Of a DNA stretch of 64,000 nt, positions 10,941 through 19,871 are shown one piece after another (position 1 is the stretch's first letter; each line of letters opens with the position of its first letter). The stretch comes from an uncultured Bacillota bacterium (lineage in GTDB: Bacteria > Bacillota_I > Bacilli_A > RF39 > UBA660). Under the pieces are notes generated by a model that saw only the letters and a list, made by a program, of their open reading frames with translations, did not search any database and was not told where the DNA came from. A program made the translations under genes and the position numbers. Location: the NCBI GenBank assembly GCA_947650795.1, contig CANSWR010000001.1, forward strand, positions 272 to 64,271. Reading direction: 5' to 3'.

Positions 10941-11468
10941 ATGAAAAAGATTGGCATTTTAATTGTATCATTATTATTAGTTTTTAATTTAACAGGATGT
11001 GGAGAAAAAACAGTAACTAAAGATGAAGAAGGAAATAAAAAAACAACTTTTAACATTAACGAAACTGCAACAGTAAATAAAACTAAAATAAAAATTAATT
11101 CAGTTAAAAAGATAATGAGTGAATGTTCTTGGGAATTTGAAGGAACATGTTATTCAGAATCTAAACCAGATGGCGATTTTTATTTATTAGTTGATTTAAC
11201 TATTGAAAATACTGGTGAAGATAGCTTAAACATATCATCTATAATGAGTTTTGAACTAAAAGATTCAAATGGCGAAAAAGGACAATATGCTTTATTAACT
11301 AAAAACATTACTAGCCAACTTGATGGATCAGTAATGTCTAATGATATGCTAAAAGGACAAATTGCTTTCGATGTAAAAGAAGCAGAAAGTTATAATTTCT
11401 ACTATCAAGATAGTTTACTAGATGACAAAATTAAATTCACTATAAACAAATCTGACATTACTGAATAA
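10941..11468 (+). CDS. DUF4352-family lipoprotein
   Basis: Lipobox LTGCGEK. DUF4352-like beta-sandwich segment (DLTIENTGEDSLNISS...KGQIAFDV). RBS GGAGG. Confidence 0.5.
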   Translation: MKKIGILIVSLLLVFNLTGCGEKTVTKDEEGNKKTTFNINETATVNKTKIKINSVKKIMSECSWEFEGTCYSESKPDGDFYLLVDLTIENTGEDSLNISSIMSFELKDSNGEKGQYALLTKNITSQLDGSVMSNDMLKGQIAFDVKEAESYNFYYQDSLLDDKIKFTINKSDITE

Positions 11469-11474
11469 TAAAGA

Positions 11475-11506
11475 AGCAGTAAAATTTCAAACTGCTCCTT
11501 TTTATA
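11475..11506 (+). terminator. Bidirectional stem-loop terminator between convergent genes
   Basis: Stem AGCAGT / ACTGCT with a 10-nt loop; T-rich on both sides. Confidence 0.4.
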
Positions 11507-13055
11507 TGTCTCCATATTCTGCATTTTTATGTAAATTATTTAGCTGCTCATTTATAATTAAACTATTTGTAGTAATCAGCATTGAAACAATTGAACACGC
11601 ATTAATAATAGAATTCATAACAACCTTAAAAGAATCAATCACAATAGTTTTATCAATTTCTTCAAATGCCTCATCATAAATATTAAATAATAAATTATAT
11701 TTAGACAATAATATTTTTTCTTTCATTTTTAAACAATCTAAACCAGAATTAATCATTAGCTGATTAAAAGGCGCTAGTAAAGCGTTTTTCCAAATATTTT
11801 CTATTAAATCATTATCATTTAAACTATCAGAAATTTTAAGCAGAGTATAACCACCTCCTAGTAATATTCCCTCATTTGAAGAATATACAGAACACAAGGC
11901 ATCCTCTAAACGCATTCTTTTTTCTCTTAACTCAATTTTTGTAGGAGCTCCTAAATTAATCTCAACTGTACCTTCATTAAACATGGCCAATCTTTTTAAA
12001 TAAAATTCTCTAATATATTCTTCTTTTATCTCTAATAATTCACTTTCAATATTTTGAGAATATTTCTCTATAATCTCATTAATTTCAAAGTTTATTCTTG
12101 TGTTCTCTCTTGTCAAGAAAACACTTTTAATAAAACCTATATTAGAAACAGTAATATCTTCTTCAGATTTCACTATTTTTGACCCACTTAAAATCTCTAA
12201 ATCATTTTTGACCAATCTTTCCATAATTCCACATTCATCAATTTTAATAAGCAAACATTTTAAATTATCATTTAAGACATACGTAACAATTTCATTTACA
12301 AAATAATCCGAAAAATCATTAGCTATTATAATTATAGATTTAGAATTATTCATAACATCATTTAATATAGACGCCATAAATTTAGTACATGTGACTAAAT
12401 CATCTATTATTAAAATTTCACAATTATTATACATAATAGAATTTTGACTTTTTAATAAAAAAGATGATGCTAAAATACTATTAAACTTGTAACCCTTATA
12501 ATATTTTATAAATAACTTATTTTCATCAATTTCTTTAATAGAAATAGCTTCTCTAATTGAAACCTTAGAAAACACTTCACTTACTACTTTTGAAATTTGA
12601 ATATCATTTGAAGCTATCCTTGCTAAGTTTTCTATCATATTATCTTTAAGAATTATCTTTTCTTTTTCTAAAGACTTTAAAATAATATCTAAACTTTTAT
12701 TTAGTTTTTGTTTTAAAACTATAGGATTTTCTCCATCTTTTATTACCTTTATACACGAATTAAAAAGACTTTGAAGAATCACTAAAGTTGTAGTTGTTCC
12801 ATCTCCTACCATAATATTTGTCTTTATAGAAGCTTCTTTAGCTATTTCCAAAATAACATTAATAACCTCATCATCACTTTGTATATTTTCTGCTATAGTA
12901 ACTCCATCATTAGTAATAAATGGCGTAAAACTAGAATGATCAATTATTACATTATTACCTTTAGGACCTAATGTACATTTAACTGTATCACATAATAAAT
13001 TTATAGCTTCATGCATTTTTAATTGTAATTCATTACCACTTATTATTTTTCTCAT
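11502..13055 (-). CDS. Cpn60/TCP-1 family chaperonin-like protein (GroEL paralog), last gene of the rSAM operon
   Basis: N-terminal chaperonin signature TLGPKGNNVII. Nucleotide-binding GDGTTT motif (MVGDGTTTTLVILQ). 517 aa. Start overlaps the stop of the upstream gene (ATGA). Confidence 0.55.
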   Translation of the reverse strand: MRKIISGNELQLKMHEAINLLCDTVKCTLGPKGNNVIIDHSSFTPFITNDGVTIAENIQSDDEVINVILEIAKEASIKTNIMVGDGTTTTLVILQSLFNSCIKVIKDGENPIVLKQKLNKSLDIILKSLEKEKIILKDNMIENLARIASNDIQISKVVSEVFSKVSIREAISIKEIDENKLFIKYYKGYKFNSILASSFLLKSQNSIMYNNCEILIIDDLVTCTKFMASILNDVMNNSKSIIIIANDFSDYFVNEIVTYVLNDNLKCLLIKIDECGIMERLVKNDLEILSGSKIVKSEEDITVSNIGFIKSVFLTRENTRINFEINEIIEKYSQNIESELLEIKEEYIREFYLKRLAMFNEGTVEINLGAPTKIELREKRMRLEDALCSVYSSNEGILLGGGYTLLKISDSLNDNDLIENIWKNALLAPFNQLMINSGLDCLKMKEKILLSKYNLLFNIYDEAFEEIDKTIVIDSFKVVMNSIINACSIVSMLITTNSLIINEQLNNLHKNAEYGDI

Positions 13056-13798
13056 CGTTCATCACTCACTTCCAAAATATATTTCCAATATCTCTTAGGC
13101 ATAAAATTAATTCTACACCTATCATTTTTTCTAGCACTTATACCGATTATTTTATAAAATAGTTTCCACAATTCTTGAATTTGTTCTTCCTCATTACTTA
13201 ATTTATCTGTAGAAATTAAAAAATCATCTTCATTTATTATTATAAATTTTTTCTTATTATAAATACTTAAAATTCCTCTTTTAACATCCTTTATAATCCA
13301 ATATTCATTTTTTAACCTTTTGCTAAAATGACTAGACAAAAAGAATAATACATCATTAATTGGTTCAATCTCAGCATATAATACTTTATTTTCTAATTCT
13401 TTAAATCTTAAAAAACCTTTGAACTTATGAATTTCGTGCTTAACATATTCTGAAATTTTTAACGTTTCACAAACACACTTTAAATCTCTTCTATAAATAA
13501 CACTTTTTCTATATTTAAAACCATTCAAAATAAAATAAAAAATTATAATTTCTTTTTTCTCATCAGCAGACAAAAATACATAATATAATGTTTTAAATAT
13601 TTCTCTACCAATAATACTAATTATTTTTTTTATAACTTCCTCATTATTATCTAAATTTACAAGTATAATTTCTTCTAGCAAATTAGGAAAATATTCATTG
13701 TTTTGTATATTATAGGGTCTAATATTATTACTTATCAGATAATGTATTAAACTTAAAAGACTAACAAAATCTCCATTATATATATAAATCTTATTCAC
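13052..13798 (-). CDS. Hypothetical protein, possibly the DUF4130-type 'probable DNA metabolism protein' that partners with TIGR03916 radical-SAM enzymes
   Basis: Sits in the operon between the rSAM and chaperonin-like genes, with start/stop overlaps. The 248-aa size fits. The family assignment is inferred from context only. Confidence 0.3.
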   Translation of the reverse strand: MNKIYIYNGDFVSLLSLIHYLISNNIRPYNIQNNEYFPNLLEEIILVNLDNNEEVIKKIISIIGREIFKTLYYVFLSADEKKEIIIFYFILNGFKYRKSVIYRRDLKCVCETLKISEYVKHEIHKFKGFLRFKELENKVLYAEIEPINDVLFFLSSHFSKRLKNEYWIIKDVKRGILSIYNKKKFIIINEDDFLISTDKLSNEEEQIQELWKLFYKIIGISARKNDRCRINFMPKRYWKYILEVSDER

Positions 13799-15008
13799 TA
13801 AACAAACTGAGTTGCTCTACATTTTTAGTTTCATATAATTTATCTTCTAAAACTAAATTAGAGACTATAAAATCCTTTTTAAAAAATTCATTACCAATAA
13901 AATATTTCCCATCACAAGTTATAAAATATTTAGCTCTTTTAATTACTACTCCCATTCTTTTTAAATCATCAAATTTAATATTAAAATTTCGCCTAGAACT
14001 TATTATTCTTTTAGCAGTAACTACTCCTATTCCAGGCACTTTGAGTAAATCATAATAAGAACACTTATTAATTTCTTTAGGAAACTCATCTAAATGTCTC
14101 AAAGCATAGTCTGCCTTTGGATCAATTAGTATATTAAAGAAAGGATTATCTTCGCTTAATAAATCATTTACCTTAAAATTATAATATCTAATCAGCCAAT
14201 CTGCTTGATATAATCTATTTTCTCTAACTAGTGGCGGTTTTTCTAAACTAGGAAGTAAACTATCTTTATTAACAGGAATATAAGCAGAATAAAAAACTCG
14301 TTTTAATTTATAATTAGAATACATATTCTCACTTTTTTGCATAATATCTAAATCACTTTCCTTTGAAGCTCCAATTATCATCTGAGTACTTTGGCCTGCT
14401 GGAACATATTTTCTACTTTGATTATCTTTCACATAATGCATTATTTCACTTACTTCACTTTGATTTTTATTAGGTGCAAGTAATTTAAGAGAATTTTCTG
14501 TTGGTAGTTCTATATTCGCACTTAATCTATCCACTAAATTTCCTAAATCTTTTAAAAGCTTCTTGCTAGCTCCTGGAATTGCTTTAGCATGAATATATCC
14601 TCCAAAATGATATTTGTTTCTTAACATTGAAATCGTTCTAATCATAAGCTCCATTGTATAATCTGGACTTCTTACAATGCCTGAACTTAAAAATAATCCT
14701 TCTATATAATTTCGACGATAAAAATTAATAGTAACTTCACATATTTCTTCTGGAGTAAAAATAGCTCTTTTTATATTATTACTTTTTCTATTTAAACAAT
14801 ACTTACAATCATATATACAAGAATTAGTCATCAAAATTTTTAATAAGGAAATACATCTTCCATCTGATGAAAAAGAATGACAAATTCCAAAAGAACAAGC
14901 ATTACCAATACCATAACTATTCGAATTTCTATTACTACCACTTGAAGAGCAAGATGCATCATATTTAGCTGCATCTGCTAAAATACTTAATTTCTCTTTG
15001 ACGTTCAT
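13791..15008 (-). CDS. Radical SAM protein of the putative DNA modification/repair type, with C-terminal helix-hairpin-helix
   Basis: CxxxCxxC cluster motif in NSCIYDCKYCLNR. C-terminal HhH LLKVPGIGVVTAKRI. Likely start at MNVKEKL, with GGTGGTGA RBS upstream. The ORF track begins 13 codons earlier, at 15047. Confidence 0.6.
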   Translation of the reverse strand: MNVKEKLSILADAAKYDASCSSSGSNRNSNSYGIGNACSFGICHSFSSDGRCISLLKILMTNSCIYDCKYCLNRKSNNIKRAIFTPEEICEVTINFYRRNYIEGLFLSSGIVRSPDYTMELMIRTISMLRNKYHFGGYIHAKAIPGASKKLLKDLGNLVDRLSANIELPTENSLKLLAPNKNQSEVSEIMHYVKDNQSRKYVPAGQSTQMIIGASKESDLDIMQKSENMYSNYKLKRVFYSAYIPVNKDSLLPSLEKPPLVRENRLYQADWLIRYYNFKVNDLLSEDNPFFNILIDPKADYALRHLDEFPKEINKCSYYDLLKVPGIGVVTAKRIISSRRNFNIKFDDLKRMGVVIKRAKYFITCDGKYFIGNEFFKKDFIVSNLVLEDKLYETKNVEQLSLFSE

Positions 15009-15084
15009 TTGTTCACCACCTAAATTAATTATACTATAAAACAGCAAAAAAGCAAACTATTATTTCGGTATGGCAAAAATTAAC

Positions 15085-15116
15085 ATAAAAAAATCATAAC
15101 TAGGAAATTATGATTG
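15085..15116 (-). terminator. Rho-independent terminator downstream of the HNH gene
   Basis: Stem AATCATAA / TTATGATT. The minus-strand reading is followed by TTTTTTTA. Confidence 0.45.
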
Positions 15117-15121
15117 AATTT

Positions 15122-15472
15122 CTAATATACTATTTTTTGAGTATACTTTTTTAAAATTTTAGCTTCACTAATATATTCATCACACGGCTTTGTCTTTGCT
15201 TTATTTATCAAAATAAATAAATTATTCCATTCATTATACAAAGCAATATCTAAACTTTCTACCATATTCAAAATTCTATGTGCGCGTTTAGTAAGTAATG
15301 CACCATTTTCTATACAACAATTGCCATTTTCACTAACTTTCTTAATATGATGAAAAGTTAAAATATTACTTTTAGTAATTTGATATTGCATCCAATCTGC
15401 AACTTCTGGATGATATATCTCTATCATTTGCAATATAATAATATGATTACTATTCTTATACACTTTTCCCAT
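15122..15472 (-). CDS. HNH endonuclease-domain protein
   Basis: H-N-H pattern in HHIKKVSENGNCCIENGALLTKRAHRILN. Confidence 0.5.
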   Translation of the reverse strand: MGKVYKNSNHIIILQMIEIYHPEVADWMQYQITKSNILTFHHIKKVSENGNCCIENGALLTKRAHRILNMVESLDIALYNEWNNLFILINKAKTKPCDEYISEAKILKKYTQKIVY

Positions 15473-15771
15473 ATACTACTCCTAAACTAAATTTATTAAT
15501 ACTTTTATTACTATAAAATAAAGAATATTTATTATTCACTTAATACTAGTAAAGATGAAATCAAAGTTTTTTCAGTTATTACTTTCTAAACATTTATAAT
15601 TTAATTTACACCTTTTTATTTTATCATGAAACTTGTATTCTTACAACAAAAGCAAATTCCTTCTTAAAACACTATATTATTTTCCAGCATTTTAAAAACC
15701 GTAGAATGTAGTTCTTATTCTAACGGTTTCTTTAATTTTTAACGAAAGTAATTTACAATTACTAAATAAAT

Positions 15772-16110
15772 CTACTTAATGACTTTTTCTAATAATAATC
15801 TTTTTTCAAACCCACCATTTTTCTGTTTCTTTCTATCTGCTTCATTTATAATTTCTTCTAAACTAAAACCACAAAACATAGACATTGCTCTTATAAGCTC
15901 AAACTTATCAGCTAACTCTTTTTTTTATTTCTTCCAAAGATTTAGCTATTCTAACCTCTTCTAACTTCTCAGCATCTTTCTTTAACAAATATTCTCAATA
16001 TTCTTCGTCATTTAAAACTCTTGTAATAGGGGTATCACCATTAGTTCTACAAATATTAAGAATATTATCGCGAACCAATTTATTATATACCTTTTCTCCT
16101 TTATCTAAAC
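15772..16110 (-). pseudogene. MazG-like nucleoside triphosphate pyrophosphohydrolase pseudogene (in-frame TGA plus a frameshift in an A8 run; no canonical start)
   Basis: Minus-strand translation gives KVYNKLVRDNILNICRTNGDTPITRVLNDEEY*EYLLKKDAEKLEEVRIAKSLEEIKK. After removing one A from the A8 homopolymer it continues ELADKFELIRAMSMFCGFSLEEIINEADRKKQKNGGFEKRLLLEKVIK*. This is the classic small MazG/HisE-like fold. Confidence 0.5.
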
Positions 16111-16185
16111 AAACCCTAAAGTTTGATTAATTCACATGGCACGATTATAAAAGGGGTTCAAAACTTTTATTTTTACGAGCCTTTC

Positions 16186-16425
16186 CTACTTAAATTTTTT
16201 TACATCAGCATCTATTATATATTTTGTTTCTATTTCGCGAGATGCACTTGCATGCATATTAATCAACTCTTGTGCAGATTTACTAAGCATATCCATAGTT
16301 ACTCGTTGCAAATCTAGATGTGGATTTTCTAAAAGCAACATTCTAATAATATCACTCATTAAATACTGCATCAAATTATCTTTTTCTTCTCTCAAATGCG
16401 TTAGATTATCTTTAACATCAGCCAT
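16186..16425 (-). CDS. Small hypothetical protein (79 aa), possibly a Spo0E-like helical regulator
   Basis: Helical, charged 79-aa ORF located between tRNA-Trp and the MazG remnant. Family uncertain. Confidence 0.25.
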   Translation of the reverse strand: MADVKDNLTHLREEKDNLMQYLMSDIIRMLLLENPHLDLQRVTMDMLSKSAQELINMHASASREIETKYIIDADVKKFK

Positions 16426-16475
16426 AACTACCTCCTTAAATATAACTAACTTGTTAATTCAAGTAAAATTCTAAA

Positions 16476-16549
16476 TGGCAGGGGTATCAGGATTCGAACC
16501 CGAACGGAGCGTTTTGGAGACGCTAATACTACCATTATATTATACCCCT
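16476..16549 (-). tRNA. tRNA-Trp (anticodon CCA)
   Basis: Reverse complement folds as a cloverleaf. Acceptor AGGGGTA/TACCCCT. D arm ATAT-AATGGTA-GTAT. Anticodon stem AGCGT/ACGCT with loop CTCCAAA. T arm TCGGG-TTCGAAT-CCTGA. Discriminator G, encoded CCA. Confidence 0.8.
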
Positions 16550-16611
16550 ATATCAAAACCTGTTAACAAATCTAATTCTAACATAAATAGCAAAAAAAAG
16601 AAACTATTTTT

Positions 16612-17169
16612 TTATTTATTTAAGTATTCCAAAATAATTTTGTACTCTAAAATCAAATCATTCAGACTTTTGTTCGCATTAGCAGGAGAAGTAGAAGAAA
16701 GTAATATAGCATTCATATTCAAATTAGACAAAACATATTTATTATAGAGACTCATAGCTTTTTTACCCAAAACAAAAATGTTAACAACTTTAGATTTATC
16801 AACAATCATTTTTATATCATTTACTTTTATATTTTTTATAGAACTATCACTAGATCCTTCTATATCACATGACTCAATAACATCCCATAAAGCTATATTA
16901 TGTTTTAAAAGAAACTCCTTTTTATCTAAAATTATTTCGTCAAACAGATTACTCATAACTTTCCAAAACCTATTTTGCGGATGTGAATAATACATCATTT
17001 TTTCTCTAGATTTAACACTTGGAAAAGAACCTAATATTAATATCTTAGAATTTTCATCATATATAGGTTCTAAAATATGATATTGCCTCATTAATATCAC
17101 TTCTTTCTTACTATATTTTAAACTCAAAAACATTTTAATTTCAAGATTTTTTAGTACCAAACAATACAA
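16612..17169 (-). CDS. Uracil-DNA glycosylase superfamily protein (Mug/TDG- or hypoxanthine-DNA-glycosylase-like)
   Basis: UDG-fold motif ILILGSFPS near the N-terminus. The true start is probably an internal Met (MRQYHILEPIY), so the gene is shorter than the track ORF. Confidence 0.5.
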   Translation of the reverse strand: MYCLVLKNLEIKMFLSLKYSKKEVILMRQYHILEPIYDENSKILILGSFPSVKSREKMMYYSHPQNRFWKVMSNLFDEIILDKKEFLLKHNIALWDVIESCDIEGSSDSSIKNIKVNDIKMIVDKSKVVNIFVLGKKAMSLYNKYVLSNLNMNAILLSSTSPANANKSLNDLILEYKIILEYLNK

Positions 17170-17201
17170 CTTCTACATATAATATTTTAGGTGAATATAA
17201 T

Positions 17202-17624
17202 ATGTTAATAAATTACACAAGTAAAGAACTAGACTTATGTGCCAGAATAATGCGTGCAGAAGCTTTAGCAGAAGGAGATTTAGGAATGCTTATGGTAGGG
17301 AATGTAGTAGTAAACAGAGCACTCGCTGATTGTTTAACCTTTAAAAATATAAGAACTATTACTGATGCAATATACCAAAAAAATCAATTTTCTGGTACTA
17401 CTAGTCCTCTATTCTTTACAAACGCTACTTCTAAAGAAAAAGAACTCGCACAAAGAGTGTTAAAAGGAGAATATTATCATCCTGCAACAAATTCTCTTTG
17501 GTTTTATGCACCTAAAAAAGGAGAAAATTGCAAAAGTACTTGGTATGATCAAAGCTTTTCAGGAAGATATAAAAACCACTGCTTTTATAAACCAGACCCA
17601 GGGGTATGTAAAGAATTACACTAA
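17202..17624 (+). CDS. SleB-like cell wall hydrolase domain protein
   Basis: Hydrolase_2/SleB signature LCARIMRAEALAEGDLGMLMVGNVVVNRA...AIYQKNQFSG. A terminator hairpin follows at 17623-17648 (AAAACTC/GAGTTTT plus T-run). Confidence 0.6.
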   Translation: MLINYTSKELDLCARIMRAEALAEGDLGMLMVGNVVVNRALADCLTFKNIRTITDAIYQKNQFSGTTSPLFFTNATSKEKELAQRVLKGEYYHPATNSLWFYAPKKGENCKSTWYDQSFSGRYKNHCFYKPDPGVCKELH

Positions 17625-17667
17625 AACTCAAAACGAGTTTTTTTTTATTAAAAGAATAACATTACCG

Positions 17668-18558
17668 TTATTCTAACTTCTCTAAATAGAAAATTAAACC
17701 TGGAGTAGCATGAATTAAAAAATTAATATTATTTATCATTACAAGCATTTTATTAGATAATTCAAAATCACTTTCAGCAAATTGATATTTACCACTAAAA
17801 AACTTATTTACAAAAGGGATAAAATCAGATGAAGTATTTGTTATCTTATCAAAATATTCTAAAAATTTTTCTTTATCATCCAGTTTATAATATAAAACTA
17901 ATAAAGGTATTAAAGCTTCTAATCTATTACCATCACATTCTTTCTTTAATCTTAATAAATTATCTTCATCTTCTTTATAAGCATATATACTAAGTAATAA
18001 ATACTTTATCTCCAAATCATCATTATTATTTAATTCTAATATTTTTAAGCATAATTGAAATGCTAAGTTTATCCTTCCTAAAAATAGTAATATATTAACT
18101 TTTTCTTTTAAAGCTCTAATATAATTTCTAGTTTCCACCTCTTCATAAAATTTACCAATATAATCTTTTTCAAAAAAACCTAAACGTTCTAATTTATTCT
18201 TTTCATAAAATATACATTCTTCAATTATATCTAATTTCAATTCATAATTTTCTTCTAAATTAATCCATAATAATAAAGCCTCAAAACATTCTTTAGAAAT
18301 ACTATAAGCCAATTGTGCCATTCTTTTCTGTTCATCTTTATTATCTGTTTGATTTACCTCATATAATTTTTTTCTTGCCTCCATTAACATAGGATTAACT
18401 ATTTCTTTTCTTTTTTTCAATAAAAATTCATCTGAATAACTTATATATTTTAATTCACTAAATATATTATTATAGTCTTCATAAGTAAGTTCATTTATAT
18501 TCTTTTTATTTTTTAATGCGTATTCATATACTTTCTTTTTAATCTTTTCATCAAACAT
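17668..18558 (-). CDS. Hypothetical helical-repeat protein
   Basis: 296-aa ORF, all-helical, K/E-rich with TPR-like periodicity. No catalytic motif. Confidence 0.3.
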   Translation of the reverse strand: MFDEKIKKKVYEYALKNKKNINELTYEDYNNIFSELKYISYSDEFLLKKRKEIVNPMLMEARKKLYEVNQTDNKDEQKRMAQLAYSISKECFEALLLWINLEENYELKLDIIEECIFYEKNKLERLGFFEKDYIGKFYEEVETRNYIRALKEKVNILLFLGRINLAFQLCLKILELNNNDDLEIKYLLLSIYAYKEDEDNLLRLKKECDGNRLEALIPLLVLYYKLDDKEKFLEYFDKITNTSSDFIPFVNKFFSGKYQFAESDFELSNKMLVMINNINFLIHATPGLIFYLEKLE

Positions 18559-18702
18559 TTAATATCTCCTCATGTTATTTTATTTTTCTTATTTAAGTTA
18601 CTTTTATACATAAAATAATATGAAATACTAAATAAATTTTGCTTGTTTATAAACTATTTTAACATAAAAAGAAAAAAGAAGTAACATTTTTTTGCTACTT
18701 CA

Positions 18703-19847
18703 CTACTTAGTAGGAATTAATAATTTTTGACCCACACTAAGAAGACTTCCTTCCAAATTATTAATATTTTTAAGCTCATTCACAGTTACACCATACGTGT
18801 TTGCTATTTTCCATAAAGAATCTCCACTTTTTACTGTATAAGTTACAAATTGATCTGTACCAGGAATTTTTAATACTTGCCCTATTTTAAGAATATTACT
18901 ACTTAGATTATTTTCTTTTTTAATATCATCTACACTAACTCCATACTTATTAGCAATAGAATATAAATTATCTCCACTAACAACAATATAATTAACTCCA
19001 CTAGTAGGCTCTTTTGGAACTTCTTCAACATTTATGTCACTCACTGGAATTAATAATTTTTGACCCACACTAAGAACATCGCTTTTTAAATTATTGGCAC
19101 TCTTTAATTTATCAACGCTTATTCCATAACTATTAGCTATCTTCCATAAAGAGTCTCCACTTTTTACTGTATAAGTTATACCATTATCATCTTTATCAAT
19201 ACTTATATCTATATCTTCATTTTTTGGAACTAACAATTGCTGATTGATAGTTAAATTATCACTTTTTAAATTATTTATACTCTTTAACGTCGCAACTGTA
19301 GTATCATATTTAGAAGCTATTTTCCATAAAGAATCTCCACTTTTTACTGTATAAACTAGATAATCTTCTACTGGCTTTTCACTTTCAGCTTTAACTTTTA
19401 AGTTTTGACCCACATGAATAGTATTATTAGTTATATTATTTAATGCTTTTAATTCATCTACAGTAATCCCATATTTTGTAGCAATACTCCATAAAGAATC
19501 TCCTTTTTGAACAGTATAATAATTGCTTTCAACTGGTGCATTATATGGAATATTTTTATACTTTGCTATTGCTCTTACTACCGCCTCTGCGTAATCCTTC
19601 CAATCATTTTTTAATTGATTAACATCATCTTTAGTACTATCAAGAAAACCATATTCAACTATAACTGCCTCAGTATCTGGAGTGTTTCTATGAATAAAAT
19701 AGTAATCTTTTACTGGATTAGAAGGTAATCTTTGCTGAAAATTTTTCCTAATATTTTGACCTTCACTGCTTAGCTCATCTAAAATCAAATCAGAAAAGCG
19801 AGAATTATTACGTAATGCATAAATTACTTCAGCACCATCGCCACCTC
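18703..19847 (-). pseudogene. 3' portion of a split N-acetylmuramoyl-L-alanine amidase gene (end of Amidase_3 domain plus 5 LysM repeats), interrupted by the ICE
   Basis: The frame reads *GGDGAEVIYALRNNSRFSDLILDEL..., then five LysM repeats (YTVKSGDSLWKIA...). It stops (TGA at 19846-19848) exactly at the element boundary. The missing N-terminal half is at 60751-61117. Confidence 0.65.
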
Positions 19848-19870
19848 AGGAGTGCCCTTATGTATAGTAA
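19848..19870. promoter_or_regulatory. Left attachment site arm (attL-type) with terminal inverted repeat CCTTATGTATAGT
   Basis: Reverse complement of the right-end arm at 60730-60742. Lies 2-25 bp beyond the recombinase stop codon. Confidence 0.6.
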
Positions 19871-19871
19871 T

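Noticed and set aside
11502-13055. Calling this the housekeeping groEL
   Set aside because: There is no adjacent groES. The gene is co-transcribed with the rSAM genes and is only 517 aa. I treated it as a paralog and flagged it rather than naming it groEL.
16476-16549. tRNA-Trp as the ICE integration target
   Set aside because: tRNA genes are common att sites, but the actual junctions are 3.3 kb away inside the amidase ORF. The tRNA is intact with its own CCA end.
16475-16747. Plus-strand 90-aa ORF
   Set aside because: It overlaps the minus-strand tRNA-Trp and the start of the UDG-like gene. I judged it an artefact of the six-frame scan.
18720-19530. DNA-level direct repeats (CCATAAAGAATCTCCACTTTTTACTGTATAA...) as a possible mobile-element or CRISPR-like repeat
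   Set aside because: They are the coding repeats of five LysM domains in the amidase C-terminal half. The spacing is not constant and they are in frame.
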